Shown: one piece after another, positions 16,873 to 25,564 of the stretch | Numbering within the stretch: the first letter of the stretch is position 1 | Layout of the letters: every line of letters starts with the position of its first letter | NCBI GenBank assembly: GCA_963931495.1 | Contig: OZ007020.1 | Location: 540,001-572,000, forward strand | DNA length: 32,000 bases | Source: an uncultured Alphaproteobacteria bacterium | Lineage (GTDB): Bacteria > Pseudomonadota > Alphaproteobacteria > Rs-D84 | Reading direction: 5' to 3' | Translations under genes and position numbers: made by a program | The notes under the pieces: generated by a model | Told to the model about the DNA's origin: nothing | Seen by the model: only the letters and a program-made list of their open reading frames with translations | The model's database searches: none

Positions 16873-17528
16873 AAATTTTGAATAAAAAAATTGCATCAAA
16901 AAAATCATCGGCGGCATGGATTCAGCGCCAAGCGGCAGACCCGTACGTTGCGCGGGCGCATCGTGACGGGTATCGGGCACGTGCCGCATATAAATTGATT
17001 GAAATAAATGAAAAATATAAATTTTTGAAAAATGGCCAGGTTGTAGTTGACCTGGGGGCGGCACCGGGTTCGTGGTCGCAATATGTTATGCGTGCATTTC
17101 CGCGGTCGCGTGTGTTCGCCATGGATTTATTGGAAATTGCGCCAATACCTGGTGTGGATTTTTATCAGGGCGATTTTACGTCGGATGACGCCTTGGACTG
17201 GTTGGTGCAAAAATTGAATTTGCCGACCGATGGTGTGTCACATGGAACAGTGGATGTTGTGTTGTCTGATATGGCACCGAATACGGTTGGACATAAAAAA
17301 ACAGACCACATTCGGCAAATGGTGTTGCTGGAATATGCGTTTGATTTTGCATGCCGTGCATTAAAGCCCGGCGGTGTGTTTGTCGCAAAGTCTTTTACAG
17401 GCGGAACTACGGGTGATTTATTAAAGCAGATAAAAGAAAGATTTGAAACCGTTCATCATATAAAGCCTCCGGCTTCAAGGAAAGATTCAGTAGAGATGTT
17501 TATAGTGGCCCTTGGTTTTAAGGGATAA
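16869..17528 (+). CDS. rlmE: 23S rRNA (uridine2552-2'-O)-methyltransferase RlmE/FtsJ
   Basis: WIQRQAADPYVARAHRDGYRARAAYKLIEINEKY, the SAM motif VVDLGAAPGSWSQY, and SDMAPNTVGHK...FVAKSFTG. Size is 219 aa. Confidence 0.93.
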   Translation: MKILNKKIASKKSSAAWIQRQAADPYVARAHRDGYRARAAYKLIEINEKYKFLKNGQVVVDLGAAPGSWSQYVMRAFPRSRVFAMDLLEIAPIPGVDFYQGDFTSDDALDWLVQKLNLPTDGVSHGTVDVVLSDMAPNTVGHKKTDHIRQMVLLEYAFDFACRALKPGGVFVAKSFTGGTTGDLLKQIKERFETVHHIKPPASRKDSVEMFIVALGFKG

Positions 17529-17609
17529 TATTTTGATATTTTTATGGCTTGTATATAAATCTAAAATCTGATAAAATTACCATTGTATTAAAAATGGTTA
17601 GAGAGAGAA

Positions 17610-18131
17610 ATGTTAAAAAAGTTACATTTTTTGATAGTGTCATTTAGTATTTTTTGCTTTTTGATACCGTTAAAATCTGCCATTGCCGATATTGCGTCCA
17701 AGGTATATGTGGATGATAGTTTGGCGGTTAAGGTTAATACGGCGGATTTGGCTGGGAAAATCGCAGACGCTGTCACTGGTAAAGAAGATATTGCTAATAA
17801 AGTAGCTAACTTTGACGGGGAATTGGCGGATAACACGAAGTATCCCAGTGCTTTGGCGGTAAAAAACGCATTGGCGTTAAAAGTAAATACGGCGGATTTG
17901 GCGACCCAGATTGCAAGTGCTATAACCGGCAAAGAAGACGTTTCAAATAAAGTTTCAGATTTAAGCGCCAGTTTTACTGATAATACACAATACCCCAGTG
18001 CATTGGCTGTAAAGAATGCATTGGCAAACAAGGTTGATATAACGGCTGGAACGAATCAGACGTTAAGTGGGACTTATACGGTGGCGGGGACATTATCTGT
18101 TAATACGCCGACTTTACCACCAGCGTCGTAA
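17610..18131 (+). CDS. Secreted repeat protein, function unknown; two 50-aa repeats with a tail-fibre/adhesin-like YPSALAVKNAL motif
   Basis: Signal peptide MLKKLHFLIVSFSIFCFLIPLKSAIA|D. The repeats KVNTADLA..IA.A.TGKED..NKV.......DNT.YPSALAVKNALA span aa 41-90 and 91-140 (nt 17730-18029). Confidence 0.7.
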   Translation: MLKKLHFLIVSFSIFCFLIPLKSAIADIASKVYVDDSLAVKVNTADLAGKIADAVTGKEDIANKVANFDGELADNTKYPSALAVKNALALKVNTADLATQIASAITGKEDVSNKVSDLSASFTDNTQYPSALAVKNALANKVDITAGTNQTLSGTYTVAGTLSVNTPTLPPAS

Positions 18132-18257
18132 TAAAGTCGTTTAAATAAATCTATTCGGCGATTCGTTTTTCATATTTTGAAGTTTTCCCTTGCAAGGAAA
18201 AGTTGAAATATATTACAGTTAAGTAATAAGTATTGTTATTTATTGCAGGAAAGAGAA

Positions 18258-21257
18258 ATGAGAATATTAAAAAGCTTAATACTGGGTATATTTTTTCTAT
18301 TTTGTGGTGCAAGCATAAATCCGGCGCAATCTGCGCAAGTTGCGAACGTTGAATACATTCATAAGTTAGTAAATCAGCGATGGGGGATAGAAGTCCCTTA
18401 TTATCCAGAAAACGCAAAACTGGTTGCTAATATGGAATATTTACTGACGGTGGTGGACAGGGCGAATAATTCATTAAATGAAGAGCCTTTGACATCATAC
18501 GGGACAGACCCAGTATACGCGACGAAACAAGCCGTAGATATAATTGCAGTAGGTGACGCGGTAAACAGGTTAATAACATACAAGCCGATGTTTTATGTTA
18601 CAACTACGGGGAATACTAGCAGTTTTAGTTTTGATATAAGTGCAGCGGGCAGTTTTTCTATAAATTGGGGTGACGGAACTGTTGATAATATAAACAAATC
18701 AGACACAACAAACACGACATACAGTCATACTTATGACAAAGCAGGTGAATATACTATCGGCATCGGTGGCGAAGCAACTGCATATAATACCAGCGCATTA
18801 ACAGCCGCAATAAGTTTCAGCAGTAATAAAAATACAGCCGGTATATCAGGCAGTCTTGGTGCGATATTCGGAACTTTACCAAGTGGCACACAACCAAGAT
18901 TTTATCAGACTTTTTATAACAACACTAATTTAACCGGTGAAATCCCTGCAGATTTATTTGCGGGTATATCCGGCACACCGGCAGGTTCTATGTTTGCATA
19001 CACATTTAGTGATTGTTCGGGGCTGACAGGCACCATTCCAGAAAACTTATTTGCGGGGATATCCGGTGCACCGGCAAGTAATATGTTTTCCAGCACATTT
19101 GATGGTTGTTCGGGGCTGACAGGCACCATTCCAGAAAACTTATTTGCGGGTATATCCGGCACACCTGCAATGTCTATGTTTGAAAGAACATTTTATGGTT
19201 GTTCGGGGCTGACAGGCAATATTCCAGAAAACTTATTTGGAAATATATCCGGCACACCTGCAATTTCTATGTTTGACGGCACATTTTATGGTTGTTCTAA
19301 CCTTTCGGGCAATATTCCAGAAAACTTATTTGGAAATATATCCGGCGCACCGGCACAAAGGATGTTTTCCTACACATTTAATGGTTGTTCGGGGCTGACT
19401 GGTTCTATTCCAGAAAACTTATTTGCGGGTATATCCGGCACACCGGCAGGTTATATGTTTAACGGCACATTTAATGGTTGTTCGGGGCTGACAGGCACCA
19501 TTCCAGAAAACTTATTTGCGGGGATATCCGGCGCACCGGCAATTTCTATGTTTGACGGCACATTTTATGGTTGTTCTAACCTTTCGGGCAATATTCCAGA
19601 AAACTTATTTGGAAATATATCCGGCACACCTGCAACTTCTATGTTTAGATACACATTTTATGGTTGTTCGGGGCTGACAGGCACCATTCCAGAAAACTTA
19701 TTTGCGGGTATATCCGGCACACCGGCAGGTTATATGTTTAGATACACATTTTATGGTTGTTCGGGGCTGACAGGCACCATTCCAGAAAACTTATTTGCGG
19801 GTATATCCGGCACACCGGCAGGTTATATGTTTAACGGCACATTTCGGGATTGTTCGGGGCTGACAGGCACCATTCCAGAAAACTTATTTGGAAATATATC
19901 CGGCACACCTGCAATGTCTATGTTTAACGGCACATTTTTTGGTTGTTCGGGGCTGACGGGTGAAATACCACTTGGGTTATTTGGTAATTTAACAAACAGA
20001 CCACAAGTGGCTATGTTTTCCAGCACATTTGAAGGTTGTTCGGGTTTGACTGGTCCGTCTGCCAGAATGCCCGATGGAACATATTTATATGACTTCTTTA
20101 CCGGCGCAACCGAGACGGAAGTGGGATATATGTATCAGGGTGCGACGGGGTTAGAAGATTATCCATATATACCGACAGCTTGGGGTGGTTTGGGACAAGA
20201 AAAACCCGAATCTAAGTTTTTTGTAACAACAACGCCAAACACAAGTAGTTTTGAGTTTTATATAAGCGCGGCAGGTGATTTTACTATTGATTGGGGTGAT
20301 GGTAATGTAGAAAAAGTTACCAAATCAGACACAACAAAAACGACATACAGTCATACTTATGACAAAGCAGGTGAATATACTATCAGCATCGGTGGCGAAG
20401 CAACTGCATATAATACCAGAACATCAACAGCCGCAATAAGTTTCAGAGACAATAAAAATACAGCCGGTATATCGGGCAGTCTTGGTGCGATATTTGGAAC
20501 TTTACCAAGTGGCACACAACCAAGATTTGTTTCTACTTTTTCTTCTAATACTAATTTAACCGGTGAAATCCCTGCAGATTTATTTGCGGGGATATCCGGC
20601 GCACCGGCACAAAGGATGTTTTCCTACACATTTAATGGTTGTTCGGGGCTGACAGGCACCATTCCAGAAAACTTATTTGCGGGTATATCCGGCACACCGG
20701 CAGGTTATATGTTTAACGGCACATTTAATGGTTGTTCGGGGCTGACAGGCACCATTCCAGAAAACTTATTTGCGGGGATATCCGGCGCACCGGAAAGTTA
20801 TATGTTTTACAACACATTTAATGGTTGTTCGGGGCTGACAGGCACCATTCCAGAAAACTTATTTGCGGGTATATCCGGCACACCTGCAATGTCTATGTTT
20901 GAAAGAACATTTTATGGTTGTTCGGGGCTGACAGGCAATATTCCAGAAAACTTATTTGGAAATATATCCGGCACACCTGCAATGTCTATGTTTAACGGCA
21001 CATTTGATGGTTGTTCGGGGCTTACAGGTGAAATACCACTTGGATTATTTGGTAATTTAACAAACAGACCACAAGTGGCTATGTTTTCCAGCACATTTGA
21101 AGGTTGTTCGGGTTTGACTGGTCCGTCTGCCAGAATGCCCGATGGAACATATTTATATGACTTCTTTACCGGCGCAGCCCCGAGTCAAGTTGGTGGTATG
21201 TATCGTGGTGCGACGGGGTTATCAGATTACAGTTCTATACAATTCCCATGGAACTAA
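18258..21257 (+). CDS. Large secreted protein made of two tandem modules. Each module has a PKD-like segment, then an array of 30-aa repeats reminiscent of BspA/DUF285-type leucine-rich repeats, then a conserved C-terminal cap.
   Basis: ATG at 18258 follows AGGAAAGAG. Signal peptide MRILKSLILGIFFLFCGASINPAQSA. WGDGxV...TYSHTYDKAGEYTI is a PKD-like signature. The repeat unit is MFxxTFxGCSGLTGxIPENLF(A/G)(G/N)ISG(T/A)PA. Module 1 has 12 units and module 2 has 6. Confidence 0.85.
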   Translation: MRILKSLILGIFFLFCGASINPAQSAQVANVEYIHKLVNQRWGIEVPYYPENAKLVANMEYLLTVVDRANNSLNEEPLTSYGTDPVYATKQAVDIIAVGDAVNRLITYKPMFYVTTTGNTSSFSFDISAAGSFSINWGDGTVDNINKSDTTNTTYSHTYDKAGEYTIGIGGEATAYNTSALTAAISFSSNKNTAGISGSLGAIFGTLPSGTQPRFYQTFYNNTNLTGEIPADLFAGISGTPAGSMFAYTFSDCSGLTGTIPENLFAGISGAPASNMFSSTFDGCSGLTGTIPENLFAGISGTPAMSMFERTFYGCSGLTGNIPENLFGNISGTPAISMFDGTFYGCSNLSGNIPENLFGNISGAPAQRMFSYTFNGCSGLTGSIPENLFAGISGTPAGYMFNGTFNGCSGLTGTIPENLFAGISGAPAISMFDGTFYGCSNLSGNIPENLFGNISGTPATSMFRYTFYGCSGLTGTIPENLFAGISGTPAGYMFRYTFYGCSGLTGTIPENLFAGISGTPAGYMFNGTFRDCSGLTGTIPENLFGNISGTPAMSMFNGTFFGCSGLTGEIPLGLFGNLTNRPQVAMFSSTFEGCSGLTGPSARMPDGTYLYDFFTGATETEVGYMYQGATGLEDYPYIPTAWGGLGQEKPESKFFVTTTPNTSSFEFYISAAGDFTIDWGDGNVEKVTKSDTTKTTYSHTYDKAGEYTISIGGEATAYNTRTSTAAISFRDNKNTAGISGSLGAIFGTLPSGTQPRFVSTFSSNTNLTGEIPADLFAGISGAPAQRMFSYTFNGCSGLTGTIPENLFAGISGTPAGYMFNGTFNGCSGLTGTIPENLFAGISGAPESYMFYNTFNGCSGLTGTIPENLFAGISGTPAMSMFERTFYGCSGLTGNIPENLFGNISGTPAMSMFNGTFDGCSGLTGEIPLGLFGNLTNRPQVAMFSSTFEGCSGLTGPSARMPDGTYLYDFFTGAAPSQVGGMYRGATGLSDYSSIQFPWN
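18925..20055 (+). repeat. 90-bp in-frame tandem repeat array 1 (about 12 units) inside the 18258-21257 gene
   Basis: ggttgttcggggctgacaggcaccattccagaaaacttatttgcgggtatatccggcacaccggc recurs with 90-bp periodicity. Several units are near-identical at the nucleotide level. Confidence 0.95.
20553..21125 (+). repeat. 90-bp in-frame tandem repeat array 2 (about 6 units) inside the 18258-21257 gene
   Basis: The unit is the same as in array 1. The terminal roughly 130 nt (about 21047-21177) are identical to about 19978-20108. Confidence 0.95.
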
Positions 21258-21300
21258 TCTGATTTGACAACAGAAACCGCCTGAAAAGTGCATCCGCACA

Positions 21301-21330
21301 AAAAAAATCCGCATTCCTGCGGATTTTTTA
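21301..21330. terminator. Bidirectional rho-independent terminator between the repeat-protein gene and rnhA
   Basis: AAAAAAATCCGCA-ttcc-TGCGGATTTTTT: an A-run and a T-run flank a 7-bp stem. Confidence 0.85.
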
Positions 21331-21756
21331 TTTCATTTCCTCTGCGGCGGTTCGGGCAAGCGTGTCGCACCTTTCGTTCATGTCATGACCTGCGTGGCCC
21401 TTTACCCATACCCATTTTATGCGCTTCGTCTGCGCAAGCTGGTCTAGCTGCTGCCAAAGCTCTTTATTCTTTACAGGCTTCCTTTCCGCGTTCTTCCAGT
21501 TGTTGTTCTTCCACTGCTGAACCCATTTTTCCATGCCGTTCTTTACATATTGGCTGTCTGTGTGAAGCTCTAATTCATCGTGTTTCTTTGCAGCCGTCAA
21601 TGCCCTTATTACTGCCGTCAATTCCATGCGGTTGTTCGTAGTGTCTTTTTCACCGCCACTTCTTTCCGCAACGTTCTTGCCGTCTGTCGCAATAAAAGCC
21701 CAGCCCCCTGGGCCAGGGTTTCCTAAACAACTGCCATCTGTCCAAATTTTTAACAT
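21328..21756 (-). CDS. rnhA: Ribonuclease HI
   Basis: IWTDGSCLGNPGPGGWA, TNNRMELTAVIRAL, HTDSQYV and WVKGHAGHDMNERCDTLA are RNase H motifs, including the DEDD residues. Size is 142 aa. Confidence 0.95.
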   Translation of the reverse strand: MLKIWTDGSCLGNPGPGGWAFIATDGKNVAERSGGEKDTTNNRMELTAVIRALTAAKKHDELELHTDSQYVKNGMEKWVQQWKNNNWKNAERKPVKNKELWQQLDQLAQTKRIKWVWVKGHAGHDMNERCDTLARTAAEEMK

Positions 21757-21792
21757 TTTTTATTAACCTGTTTTGTGATATAATATCATAAA

Positions 21793-23583
21793 ATGAGATT
21801 TGATGCCAAAGATTTAAGAGAAATGTCTAATTCCGTGCGTGCGCATGCGTTGAACGCGGTGCGGTGTGCGGGGTCGGGTCATGTTGGAATTGTGTTGGGG
21901 GCGGCCGATATAATTACGGCGATTTATGCGAATTTTCTGCGTGTGGGCGTTGATAGATTTGTCTTGTCGGCTGGTCACGGCAGTGCGCTGTTTTATTCTG
22001 TATTAAAGTTGGCGGGGTATAAAATCGGTGATTTAGAAAGTTTTCGGCAAATTGGTGGATTGCCAGGGCATCCGGAAATCGGAATTGATGGTGTGTGGGC
22101 GACAACGGGGCCATTGGGCCAGGGAATCGGTAATGCGGTTGGGATGGCTTTGGCGGCCAAACTTCGTGGATTGGATACACGGGTGTTCTGTTTGTGCAGT
22201 GATGGTGATTTAATGGAAGGCGTTGCATCCGAAGCAATTGCCTTCGCAGGGCGGTATAAATTAAATAATTTGATACTGGTGTGGGATGATAACGGGCTTA
22301 GTATTGATGGGGCGGCGTTAACGGACATGGATATCCCAATGCGTATGCGGGCCGCCGGATGGGGAATTATGCGCACAGATGGTGACAATTTTAATCAAAT
22401 AAATCGTGTGTTGTCATCGGCAACTGATGATAAAAATTCTGTGCCAGTGTTTGTCCAATGTAAAACAGTTTTGGGGCGTGATTCCAGTTTGTCTGGCCAG
22501 TCCAGCGCGCATGGGTTTGCGTTGGATGATTCAGAAATGATGCGCTTGACAGAACGGTTTATATCGCCGTGTGGTGACGATTTGTGGTCGGAATTGGCGC
22601 ATGATATGACGGGCGTGCAACATGTTGAAATACCAAAGATTAATGCCGATAATATCAGTATCCCACGTAACACAACAGACATGTCAACGCGCGAATTGTC
22701 GGGAATGTTCGTGGAAAAATTGATGGCAAATGGTATCAATGTCGTCGGGGGCAGTGCGGATTTGGGCCACAGTACAAACGTTAAAGTAAAATCCAGTGTG
22801 GATATATTGCCACCGGATTTTGTTGGAAATTATATTAACTATGGGGTGCGCGAACATGCAATGGGCGCAATTATGAACGGTATGGTTGCGGGCGGTGTGC
22901 GCGCATATGGTTCAACGTTTTTGGTGTTCAGTGACTATATGCGGGCCAGTATTCGGATTGCGGCAATGTCTGGATTACCGGCAATTTATGTGTTTACACA
23001 TGACAGTGTTGCTGTTGGGCCAGATGGGCCAACACATCAGCCGATTGAGCAATTGCCGTCGTTAAGACTGATTCCGAACCTGAATGTTTTTCGTCCATGT
23101 AATGCGGATGAAGTGGCATATGCATGGCATGCGGCATTGTCTGATACAGAACATCCGTCGGCAATCATTTTGTCGCGCCAAAAAATTAAACAAATTCAAA
23201 CACACAGTGTGGCCGATATTTCGCGTGGTGCGTATATTATTCGTTCGGCAAAATCACGTCGGGTGCGGGTTACGCTGGTTGCCACCGGTGCCGAAGTGCC
23301 ATTGGCGATATCGGTCGCAGAAAAACTGGGGGACGGGGTCCAGGTTGTCAGTATGCCGAATGTTGGCGCGTTTCGTAACCAAGATGTGCAGTACAAGAAA
23401 AAAATACTGGTCGGGTATGTCGTTGTCATAGAGGCCGCCGCCACAGCGCCTTGGTTTGAATTTGCCGATGCCGTTGTTGGAATTGATTCTTTTGGTGTGT
23501 CGGGTGACGGCGAATCGGTATATAAACATTTTGGGTTTGACACAGACGCGATTGTGCGCGATATTTCAAAAAAAATACGATAG
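21793..23583 (+). CDS. tkt: Transketolase (compact 596-aa form)
   Basis: SGHVG..LG, LSAGHGSALFY, TTGPLGQGIGNAVGMA, the TPP motif SDGDLMEGVASEA...DDNGLSIDG, and GVREHAMGAIMNG...THDSVAVGPDGPTHQPIE. Confidence 0.92.
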   Translation: MRFDAKDLREMSNSVRAHALNAVRCAGSGHVGIVLGAADIITAIYANFLRVGVDRFVLSAGHGSALFYSVLKLAGYKIGDLESFRQIGGLPGHPEIGIDGVWATTGPLGQGIGNAVGMALAAKLRGLDTRVFCLCSDGDLMEGVASEAIAFAGRYKLNNLILVWDDNGLSIDGAALTDMDIPMRMRAAGWGIMRTDGDNFNQINRVLSSATDDKNSVPVFVQCKTVLGRDSSLSGQSSAHGFALDDSEMMRLTERFISPCGDDLWSELAHDMTGVQHVEIPKINADNISIPRNTTDMSTRELSGMFVEKLMANGINVVGGSADLGHSTNVKVKSSVDILPPDFVGNYINYGVREHAMGAIMNGMVAGGVRAYGSTFLVFSDYMRASIRIAAMSGLPAIYVFTHDSVAVGPDGPTHQPIEQLPSLRLIPNLNVFRPCNADEVAYAWHAALSDTEHPSAIILSRQKIKQIQTHSVADISRGAYIIRSAKSRRVRVTLVATGAEVPLAISVAEKLGDGVQVVSMPNVGAFRNQDVQYKKKILVGYVVVIEAAATAPWFEFADAVVGIDSFGVSGDGESVYKHFGFDTDAIVRDISKKIR

Positions 23584-23587
23584 ATTA

Positions 23588-24295
23588 ATGTCAGAATGTG
23601 AATTTGTTTTATCGTCGGGTGAACGTATCCCGATTGTGGTGTCATCGCGTCGTGGTTTACGTAATATCACGTTGCGCCCAAAAACACAGCCAAAACGCGA
23701 ATTACACGTATCAAAGCCGTGGTTGACACCAATGTCTGTGGTTATGCGTTTTGTTGAACAAAAACGTCGCTGGTGTGAACGTATATTTAATAATGCGCCG
23801 CAAAAGCATCATATAATATCGGGTGAAGAAATTGAATTTTTAGGGTGGCATGTGCACGTTGTACATGACCCATCGCGTCGGGCGAATGAATTTATTAAAA
23901 ACGACTTTGGGGTGGCGACGTTGGTTGTTGGTGGAACGTCGGATATGTTTGAACGGCGTATACGTGACTTTATTAAATCTGCATTTTTAACAGAAGTAAA
24001 GCAGATGATACGAACGGTGCCCCGTGAATTTTGGCCAAAACGAATCGCCGTTCGTGATACAACCAGTCGCTGGGGCAGTTGTTCAACCAGTGGTACCATG
24101 TCTTTTTCATGGCGGTTGGCGTTTGCGCCGCGCGATGTTATGCGATATGTTGTAATGCATGAATTGGCGCATCAAAAGCATATGGACCATTCACCTGCGT
24201 TTTGGCAAACTGTGTCCGATTTATATGGGTTCGGTGTAGAACGTGCGAAAAGGTGGCTGAATGTACATGGGGGCGAACTGTACAGATATTTTTAA
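23588..24295 (+). CDS. M48-family/YgjP-like (DUF45) zinc metallopeptidase
   Basis: The start at MSECEF lies 4 nt after the tkt stop. The HEXXH motif is in VVMHELAHQKHMDHSPAFW. RWGSCS is typical of the YgjP family. Confidence 0.8.
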   Translation: MSECEFVLSSGERIPIVVSSRRGLRNITLRPKTQPKRELHVSKPWLTPMSVVMRFVEQKRRWCERIFNNAPQKHHIISGEEIEFLGWHVHVVHDPSRRANEFIKNDFGVATLVVGGTSDMFERRIRDFIKSAFLTEVKQMIRTVPREFWPKRIAVRDTTSRWGSCSTSGTMSFSWRLAFAPRDVMRYVVMHELAHQKHMDHSPAFWQTVSDLYGFGVERAKRWLNVHGGELYRYF

Positions 24296-24527
24296 CTTGT
24301 TTATTTATGGCAATCGGTTATACTGTGAATTGAATCAGTGGGGACATTGGTTCAGGGATTTAGCAATCCCATATCCATGCGGTACGAAAGTGCCGAATAT
24401 CCACCGACAATATAGAACTGTTGTCGGGTTACCTGGCCAATAGGTCGGGTTGTGTCGGCGATACAACAGGTTGCATTACAATCGAAAACCGACAGGTCAT
24501 TTATGGATATGATTTGCTAACTTCCCG

Positions 24528-24553
24528 ACCACCACAGTTTTTGGTGGTTTTTG
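24528..24553 (+). terminator. Rho-independent terminator ending a roughly 230-nt structured intergenic region
   Basis: ACCACCA (24528-24534) pairs with TGGTGGT (24542-24548), with a 7-nt loop and a following TTTTTG. Confidence 0.7.
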
Positions 24554-24583
24554 TTTAACGTTAAAACAAAAAAGGAAGAAGCA

Positions 24584-25324
24584 ATGAAAAAAATATTATG
24601 TGGTTCTGTGTTTGCTTTAATCGCAACCGGTGCAATGGCGGACGGGTTCTATATAAATCCCCAGGTTGCATACAGCATTACATCTGTGTCTGAAAATCGT
24701 GTGGAAAAACAGTCAGAAAATGGCGCGTGGGTCGAATTTGACGGAAATAAACACGAAAGTTGGTCTGACACAGGACATAAATTTTCACCAAAAATTGCGG
24801 TCGGTTATGAATTTGATATGGACAAGGCTGGTATATTGTCAGTCGAGGCTGAATATGGCCACGTTGATAATTTCTTTAACGCGGTTGGGTTTGATGCGGC
24901 TGAAAATGGCGATAAACCAAATGATACCGATGTCAGAAACTTTACATACAATGAAAGCACATTGGGATTGAATGTTAAATACGGATACGAAGTATATAAA
25001 TTCATCCCGTATGTAACGGCCGGTATCGGTTATACCACAATCGAATCGGAAAATAATTTCCGCAGTGGGCGTTATTTCTGGGAAACACCGGCGACAACTG
25101 AAAATATGTCTTGGAATGTTGGTGTTGGTATCGAAGTTCCAGTTACAGACAATGTTGCGTTCAATATCGCGTATAAATATACCGATTTGGGCAGTGTAGA
25201 ATACACAAACGGTATGTTTTATGACAACCACACCGAAGGCCAGGGCGGTATGACACGTGTGTTTGATTCAGATGTTGATTTATACAAACATGAAATCATT
25301 GCCGGTGTAAAGATGTCTTTTTAA
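24584..25324 (+). CDS. Outer-membrane beta-barrel protein (OMP_b-brl/OmpA-like porin family)
   Basis: AAGGAAG is the ribosome-binding site. Signal peptide MKKILCGSVFALIATGAMA|DG. The sequence shows an alternating amphipathic strand pattern and ends in the C-terminal signature AGVKMSF. Confidence 0.85.
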   Translation: MKKILCGSVFALIATGAMADGFYINPQVAYSITSVSENRVEKQSENGAWVEFDGNKHESWSDTGHKFSPKIAVGYEFDMDKAGILSVEAEYGHVDNFFNAVGFDAAENGDKPNDTDVRNFTYNESTLGLNVKYGYEVYKFIPYVTAGIGYTTIESENNFRSGRYFWETPATTENMSWNVGVGIEVPVTDNVAFNIAYKYTDLGSVEYTNGMFYDNHTEGQGGMTRVFDSDVDLYKHEIIAGVKMSF

Positions 25325-25354
25325 CATCATTGTCATTATTGGTTCGGTTATTGT

Positions 25355-25383
25355 ATCCCGCGTTCTGCGCGGGATTTATTTTA
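25355..25383 (+). terminator. Rho-independent terminator after the OMP gene
   Basis: ATCCCGCG-ttctg-CGCGGGAT followed by TTTATTTTAT. Confidence 0.8.
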
Positions 25384-25564
25384 TAAAAAACTTGCAAAGT
25401 GGCGGATTTTGGGTATTATTCGCGTATGATTTATAAAACATTTGTTTTTGTTGCGTTGCATCACGCCCGTCGGGCGGTGTGCTTATAGCGTTTTTCGTAT
25501 ATTTGTGATATAATCAGTTAAATCAAATTGCCAAAGTGTATGGCATTAACCACAGGATTAAAAA

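Noticed and set aside
18914-21094. Minus-strand ORFs 18914-19162, 19823-20026 and 20912-21094 inside the repeat arrays
   Set aside because: They are antisense reading frames kept open by the 90-bp periodicity. The + strand frame is continuous for 1004 aa and has a signal peptide.
18925-21125. Whether the regular 90-bp arrays, or the 1-540 array, could be CRISPR
   Set aside because: The repeats are contiguous with no unique spacers, lie in frame within long ORFs, have no palindromic short-repeat structure and have no cas genes nearby.
21288-21641. A 117-aa + strand ORF
   Set aside because: It is entirely antisense to rnhA, whose product has unmistakable RNase HI motifs. The first part of the ORF covers the bidirectional terminator.
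24261-24443. A 60-aa ORF overlapping the end of the M48 peptidase gene
   Set aside because: It has no Shine-Dalgarno sequence, overlaps the preceding gene and covers a stem-loop-rich region. It is better explained as structured RNA or UTR (see the finding for 24296-24553).
25426-25488. A 20-codon mini-ORF (MIYKTFVFVALHHARRAVCL) with two adjacent His codons and a following hairpin upstream of hisS, as a possible His-sensing leader peptide
   Set aside because: Two His codons are too few. The hairpin is imperfect and is not directly followed by a T-tract. A second promoter-like TATAAT lies downstream of it. The evidence is insufficient without conservation data.
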